Shown here in pieces: positions 49,250 to 54,220 of a stretch of 54,220 bases of DNA. This stretch comes from a virus (taxonomy: Duplodnaviria > Caudoviricetes). How positions within the stretch are numbered: position 1 is the stretch's first letter; each line of letters starts with the position of its first letter. The notes beneath the pieces were generated by a model. The model searched no databases, had not been told where the DNA came from, and saw nothing but the letters and a program-made list of their open reading frames with translations. The translations under genes and the position numbers were made by a program. The stretch is from positions 1 to 54,220 of IMG/VR virus record IMGVR_UViG_3300020222_000028. One strand, given 5' to 3'.

Positions 49250-49565
49250 GGAAAGAGAAGAAAGCCCAGAGTGTCTTCTAACAAATCCATATCGTATTAT
49301 AGATATGAGTTATTGGGATTACTCGAACAGAGAACAAAAACATGTTGCACCCGCAGGAGCGGTCTTTGTTGAACAATCTGAAGAAACTGAAATCAATGAA
49401 AAGACAGGAGAGGAAGTAATCACCACACAAACAGATTACATCACTCTTCAAAAGTTTCCCAGGTATACTACACAATCTCAGGTGTATCTCAGGTCAGATG
49501 ACATTCTGACCATTTGCGATCCTGGTCATCTTGTGCTAGAATGCTACCAGAAGACTGTGGGTTGA
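49173..49565 (+). CDS. Hypothetical protein, Sm-like fold suspected (130 aa)
   Basis: IVLKN...LIAQIEE...LTNPY...FP.YT...L..D.ILTI.DP. Confidence 0.75.
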   Translation: MTTTPYQPLIQVIVLKNQDYLIAQIEEREESPECLLTNPYRIIDMSYWDYSNREQKHVAPAGAVFVEQSEETEINEKTGEEVITTQTDYITLQKFPRYTTQSQVYLRSDDILTICDPGHLVLECYQKTVG

Positions 49566-49568
49566 CGC

Positions 49569-52061
49569 ATGAGGTTTTATACGAACATTGAACAGGCGGG
49601 GAATCGCATCCTCGTTCGTGGATATGAAAATGGTGACCGTGTTCAGTATCGTGTAAACTATAATCCCAAACTATACATCCCCTGTAATAAACAGACGGAT
49701 CATAAGAGCCTTGATGGGCGTTACCTCAAAGAGGTGCGCCCTGGTTCTATTAATGATTGTCGTCAGTTTATCAATCAATATGAGGGTGTAGAAGGATTTG
49801 AGATTCATGGAAATACTAGATACTTATATCAGTATATCAACGAGGCATATTCTGATGACGAGATTCGTTTCGATTCTTCTCTCATCCGCACATTTACTTT
49901 GGATATTGAAACTGGAGCAGAGAATGGTTTCCCTGATATTGAATCAGCAGACCAAGAGATTCTCCTTATTTCTATCCGTGATTCTTTTACAAATCGCATC
50001 ACTGTCTGGGGATCAAAAAGTTTCAAGAATGAAGACAGACAGGTTGATTACATCCACTGTAACGATGAGACGAAACTCCTTTCTAGCTTCCTCGGTTGGT
50101 GGCAGGAAAATACTCCAGATGTGATTACAGGTTGGAATGTTCAACTATTCGATATTCCATACATCTGCCGCCGCATGGATAGAATGCTGGGTGAAGACCA
50201 CACAAAACTTCTGTCGCCTTGGAAACTAATCTCTTCTCGTGAGATTTATATCAAGGGTCGCAAACAGATTGCATATGATATTCCTGGCGTTGCTTGTTTG
50301 GATTACCTGGAACTTTACAAGAAGTTCACATACACCAACCAAGAATCATATCGACTTGATCATATCTGTTCTGTAGAACTTGACGCTAAGAAACTCGACC
50401 ACTCTGAGTTTGATACTTTTAAGGAGTTCTACACGAAAGATTGGAATAAGTTTGTGTTGTATAACATTCATGACGTTCGCCTTGTTGACCAACTGGAAGA
50501 CAAGATGAAGCTGCTTGAGTTGGCATTCACTATGGCATATGACGCCAAAGTAAACTACGAAGATGTTTATTCTCAGGTGCGTATGTGGGATAACATTATC
50601 TTCATCTATCTGGCGAAGATGGGTATTGTGATTCCTCCTAAGAAAGATAGCGTCAAGGATGCTAAGTATGCTGGTGCGTATGTGAAAGAACCTATTCCTG
50701 GCATGTATGATTGGATTGTGAACTTCGACTTGAACTCGCTGTATCCACACCTCATCATGCAATACAACCTGTCGCCTGAGACGCTCCTAGACCGCCGTAG
50801 CAGCGTCAATGTGGATATGCTGCTGGATAAAGCGTTCGATACCTCAGACCTCGTAGGGGAGACCCTGTGCGCCAATGGAACGCATTATACGACGAAGCAG
50901 CAGGGGTTCCTTCCCAAGTTGATGGAGAAGATTTACGAAGACCGAACCATCTACAAAAAGAAGATGCTTGCTGCCAAGCAGCAGTATGAGAAAACCCCAA
51001 CGATTGAGTTGAAGAAAGAGATTGCTCGCTGTAATAACATTCAGATGGCACGAAAGATTCAACTCAACTCTGCCTATGGTGCTATCGGTAACGAGCACTT
51101 CCGTTACTACAAACTTGAAATCGCTGAAGCAATCACTCTTTCTGGTCAGCTATCTATTCGCTGGATTGAGAAGAAGATGAATGCTTATCTTAATAAAGTT
51201 TTGAAAACAGAGGATGTTGATTATGTTATTGCTTCAGACACTGATTCTATGTATCTTAATCTGGGCCCTTTGGTTGAAACTGTATACAAAGGAAGAGAGA
51301 AAACTTCTGAGAGCATTGTCTCGTTCCTTGATAAGGTCGCTTCGTTGGAACTTGAAAAGTTTATTGAAAGTTCTTACCAAGAACTGGCTGACTACCTCAA
51401 CGCCTACGACCAGAAGATGAAGATGAAGCGTGAGAACATTGCTGAGCGTGGTTTCTGGACCGCCAAGAAACGCTATGTTCTCAACGTCTGGGATAGTGAA
51501 GGTGTGCGTTATGCCAAACCCAAGATGAAAATCTGTGGTATGGAGACCGCTCGTTCCTCCACTCCAGCTTACTTTCGTGACAAACTGGAGCAGGCATATA
51601 CAATCATCATTACTAAAACTAACGATGACTTGATTGACTTCATCAACGAAATCAAAGAAGACACAAAGAAACAGAACTATCTCAACATCGCATTCCCTCG
51701 TGGATGTAACGGTCTGAAGAAGTATCGTAGTGCTGCTGACATCTATCAGAAGTCAACACCGATTCAGGTGCGTGGTGCTCTGCTGTATAACTATTACATT
51801 CGTAAGAACAATCTGGAGCACAAGTATCCTGTCATTCAAGAAGGCGAGAAGATTAAGTTTATCTATCTGAAGACACCAAATCCCATTCGTGAGAATGTCA
51901 TCTCGTTCTTTCAACAACTGCCGAAGGAACTGAACCTTGACAAATATATCGACTATACGCTACAGTTTGAGAAGAGTTTCCTCGAACCGTTGAAAACTGT
52001 GCTAGAATGTATTGACTGGCAATACGAACGCAAAGGCAGTTTAAGTAGTTTTTTCTTTTGA
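49569..52061 (+). CDS. gp43: Family B DNA polymerase gp43
   Basis: Exo DIET; DLNSLYP; K...NSAYG; SDTDS; KKRY. Confidence 0.98.
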   Translation: MRFYTNIEQAGNRILVRGYENGDRVQYRVNYNPKLYIPCNKQTDHKSLDGRYLKEVRPGSINDCRQFINQYEGVEGFEIHGNTRYLYQYINEAYSDDEIRFDSSLIRTFTLDIETGAENGFPDIESADQEILLISIRDSFTNRITVWGSKSFKNEDRQVDYIHCNDETKLLSSFLGWWQENTPDVITGWNVQLFDIPYICRRMDRMLGEDHTKLLSPWKLISSREIYIKGRKQIAYDIPGVACLDYLELYKKFTYTNQESYRLDHICSVELDAKKLDHSEFDTFKEFYTKDWNKFVLYNIHDVRLVDQLEDKMKLLELAFTMAYDAKVNYEDVYSQVRMWDNIIFIYLAKMGIVIPPKKDSVKDAKYAGAYVKEPIPGMYDWIVNFDLNSLYPHLIMQYNLSPETLLDRRSSVNVDMLLDKAFDTSDLVGETLCANGTHYTTKQQGFLPKLMEKIYEDRTIYKKKMLAAKQQYEKTPTIELKKEIARCNNIQMARKIQLNSAYGAIGNEHFRYYKLEIAEAITLSGQLSIRWIEKKMNAYLNKVLKTEDVDYVIASDTDSMYLNLGPLVETVYKGREKTSESIVSFLDKVASLELEKFIESSYQELADYLNAYDQKMKMKRENIAERGFWTAKKRYVLNVWDSEGVRYAKPKMKICGMETARSSTPAYFRDKLEQAYTIIITKTNDDLIDFINEIKEDTKKQNYLNIAFPRGCNGLKKYRSAADIYQKSTPIQVRGALLYNYYIRKNNLEHKYPVIQEGEKIKFIYLKTPNPIRENVISFFQQLPKELNLDKYIDYTLQFEKSFLEPLKTVLECIDWQYERKGSLSSFFF

Positions 52062-52067
52062 GGTATT

Positions 52068-53096
52068 ATGAGTTTTTTACAATCTGTTATTAAGGAGTTA
52101 GATAATGAGTTTGCGAGTGTGGCGGATGACGGAATCGCAACGGGGGATTGCGACGGCTTTGTTGATACAGGCAGCTATATTCTCAACGCTCTCATTAGTG
52201 GGAGTATTTTTGGAGGATTACCCTCAAACAAAATCACCGCACTTGCTGGTGAATCCTCTACTGGTAAAACATTCTTCGCCCTCTCTATCGTCAAACATTT
52301 CCTGAATAGTAATCCTGATGCTCAGGTAATCTATTTTGAAACAGAATCTGCCGTGTCTAAAGACATGATGGTTTCTCGTGGTATTGATGTGAAGCGTGTT
52401 GGTCTTGTTCCTGTTACTACGGTTCAAGAGTTTCGCACACAATCTATCAAGGTTGTGGATGAGTATACCAAACTGAAGAAAGAAGATAGACCACCGCTGC
52501 TGTTTGTTCTTGACTCTCTGGGTATGTTGTCTACATCCAAAGAGATTCAGGATGCTACTGATGGTAAAGAAACTCGTGACATGACTCGTGCTCAGGTCAT
52601 CAAATCTATCTTCCGTATTCTGTCACTGAAACTGGCGCAAGCTGGTATTCCTCTTATCGTTACCAACCATACATATGAAGTAGTGGGTGCATATGTGCCG
52701 ACGAAAGAAATGGGTGGTGGCACTGGTTTGAAGTATGCTGCATCAACGATTCTCTTCCTGTCAAAGAAGAAAGAGAAAGATGGAACTGAAGTTGTAGGTA
52801 ACATTATCAAAGTGAAAGCACAAAAGTCACGCTTTACAAAAGAAAACTCAGACATCGAAACGAGGCTCTACTATGACGCAAGGGGATTGGATAAGTATTA
52901 TGGATTACTGGAGTTGGGTGAGAAATACGGAGTATTCGAACGCAAGGGCAATCGGATTGCTGTTGGGGAATCTTCCGTTTATCCTTCTGTTATCCTTGCC
53001 AATCCTGAGAAGTATTTCACAGAGGACATCCTCCAAGCCCTAGATGAATGTGCCCGTAAAGAGTTTCTATATGGAGTAGCGGATGGAGAGGATTGA
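52068..53096 (+). CDS. uvsX: RecA-like recombinase UvsX
   Basis: [25 protein letters not shown]. Confidence 0.96.
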   Translation: MSFLQSVIKELDNEFASVADDGIATGDCDGFVDTGSYILNALISGSIFGGLPSNKITALAGESSTGKTFFALSIVKHFLNSNPDAQVIYFETESAVSKDMMVSRGIDVKRVGLVPVTTVQEFRTQSIKVVDEYTKLKKEDRPPLLFVLDSLGMLSTSKEIQDATDGKETRDMTRAQVIKSIFRILSLKLAQAGIPLIVTNHTYEVVGAYVPTKEMGGGTGLKYAASTILFLSKKKEKDGTEVVGNIIKVKAQKSRFTKENSDIETRLYYDARGLDKYYGLLELGEKYGVFERKGNRIAVGESSVYPSVILANPEKYFTEDILQALDECARKEFLYGVADGED

Positions 53097-54220
53097 GACA
53101 ACTATTTTACGCAACCTCCTGTGTAACGAACAGTTCTACAGGAAGGTTGTTCCTTTTGTAAAACCAGATTACTTTAATGAGATTCATGAAAAGGTAATCT
53201 ACGAAGAAGTGTGGAACTTTGCAAGCAACTATGAACTTGTTCCTACCAAAGAAGTATTGACAATCAACTTAGAAGCAAGGAAAGATTTAAATGAGGAAGT
53301 ATATCAAAACGCAGTTAAAACGATTCAAGAACTTACTACTGAATCAGTCGAGCACCAGTGGTTGCTTGACACCACAGAGAAGTGGTGTAAAGACAGAGCA
53401 ATCTATCTCGCACTCTTGGAGTCTATCAAAATCGCAGATGGCGGCAATAAGAAAGTATCAACTGATGCGATTCCAAGCATTCTTCAAGATGCCTTAGCAG
53501 TATCTTTTGACGAACATGTAGGTCACGATTATCTTGAGAATAGTGTAGAACGTTATGAGTTCTACCACATGACTGAAGAGAAGATTCCTTTCCATCTTGA
53601 ATACTTTAATAAGATTACGAAAGGTGGTCTACCAAATAAGACATTGAACGTAGCTCTTGCTGGCACTGGTGTAGGTAAGTCGCTCTTTATGTGTGACCTT
53701 GCCGCTCATTGTTTGTCGATGGGGCGTAATGTTCTTTACATCACACTGGAGATGGCAGAAGAGAAGATTGCAGAACGTATTGATGCTAACCTTTTCAATG
53801 TCAACATCAAAGACCTTGTGGATTTGCCCGAGACAATCTTTCAAAGTCGTATCAACGAACTCAAAAGAAAAACTCAGGGTCGCCTAATCATCAAAGAATA
53901 TCCAACAGCATCAGCACACGTCGGTCATTTTAAATCTCTTCTCAATGAACTCCAACTCAAAAAGACTTTCAGACCTGATATTATTTTTATCGATTACCTT
54001 AACATCTGTGCTAGTGCAAGATATAAAGGAGCGATTGTAAACTCCTATACCTATGTCAAAGCAATCGCAGAAGAACTACGTGGTCTTGCTGTCGAACACA
54101 ATGTCCCTCTTGTCTCAGCGACGCAAACAACCCGTAGTGGTTTTGGCAATAGCGACGTGGATCTTACTGATACTTCGGAATCCTTTGGTTTACCTGCTAC
54201 TGCTGACTTTATGTTTGCTC
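53083..54220 (+). CDS. gp41: Replicative helicase gp41, 3'-truncated by the window end
   Basis: Not in the ORF track. ATG 53083 [12 protein letters not shown]..., [32 protein letters not shown]. Confidence 0.96.
   Translation, partial: MERIETTILRNLLCNEQFYRKVVPFVKPDYFNEIHEKVIYEEVWNFASNYELVPTKEVLTINLEARKDLNEEVYQNAVKTIQELTTESVEHQWLLDTTEKWCKDRAIYLALLESIKIADGGNKKVSTDAIPSILQDALAVSFDEHVGHDYLENSVERYEFYHMTEEKIPFHLEYFNKITKGGLPNKTLNVALAGTGVGKSLFMCDLAAHCLSMGRNVLYITLEMAEEKIAERIDANLFNVNIKDLVDLPETIFQSRINELKRKTQGRLIIKEYPTASAHVGHFKSLLNELQLKKTFRPDIIFIDYLNICASARYKGAIVNSYTYVKAIAEELRGLAVEHNVPLVSATQTTRSGFGNSDVDLTDTSESFGLPATADFMFA

Noticed and set aside
53291-53887. +1 frame ORFs within gp41, and similar ones in hsp20 and gp22
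   Set aside because: No ordered architecture or strong initiation evidence; not distinguishable from shadows without comparative data.
24566-54220. Introns, inteins or HNH/GIY-YIG homing endonucleases in gp17, gp20, gp23, gp43, uvsX and gp41
   Set aside because: All are continuous and of ordinary length, with no splicing motifs.

Overview
This window is the core of a T4-like cyanophage-type myovirus genome, and every supported gene lies on the + strand. 1-20.5 kb is an accessory virion/fibre region: a giant Met/Cys-free repeat protein, two Mtd-N-like fibre genes and two very large fibre-like proteins. 20.5-34.6 kb is the neck/packaging/tail/head module (gp13, 14, 15, 16, 17, 18, 19, 20, 21, 22, 23, 3). 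34.6-54.2 kb is the recombination/transcription/replication module: uvsY, uvsW, gp55, gp47, gp46, peptidase-vWA plus CobS-like AAA+, gp45, gp44, a PD-(D/E)xK nuclease plus Dam-type methylase, gp62, regA, hsp20, gp43, uvsX and a partial gp41. T4-type late promoters (NATAAATA), sigma70-type promoters and terminators are visible. I found no tRNA, rRNA, CRISPR, intron or intein. The most interesting unexplained signals are: a ROSE-like RNA thermometer on hsp20; a late-promoter-driven structured small RNA next to two Sm-like genes; a perfect-consensus antisense promoter back-to-back with the gp55 promoter; candidate overprinted membrane micro-proteins inside gp43 and uvsX; complete TTA/CTA/TCA avoidance in two early genes; and roughly helically phased GC-rich patches inside several core genes. 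All assignments are by motif recognition and synteny only; no searches were run.
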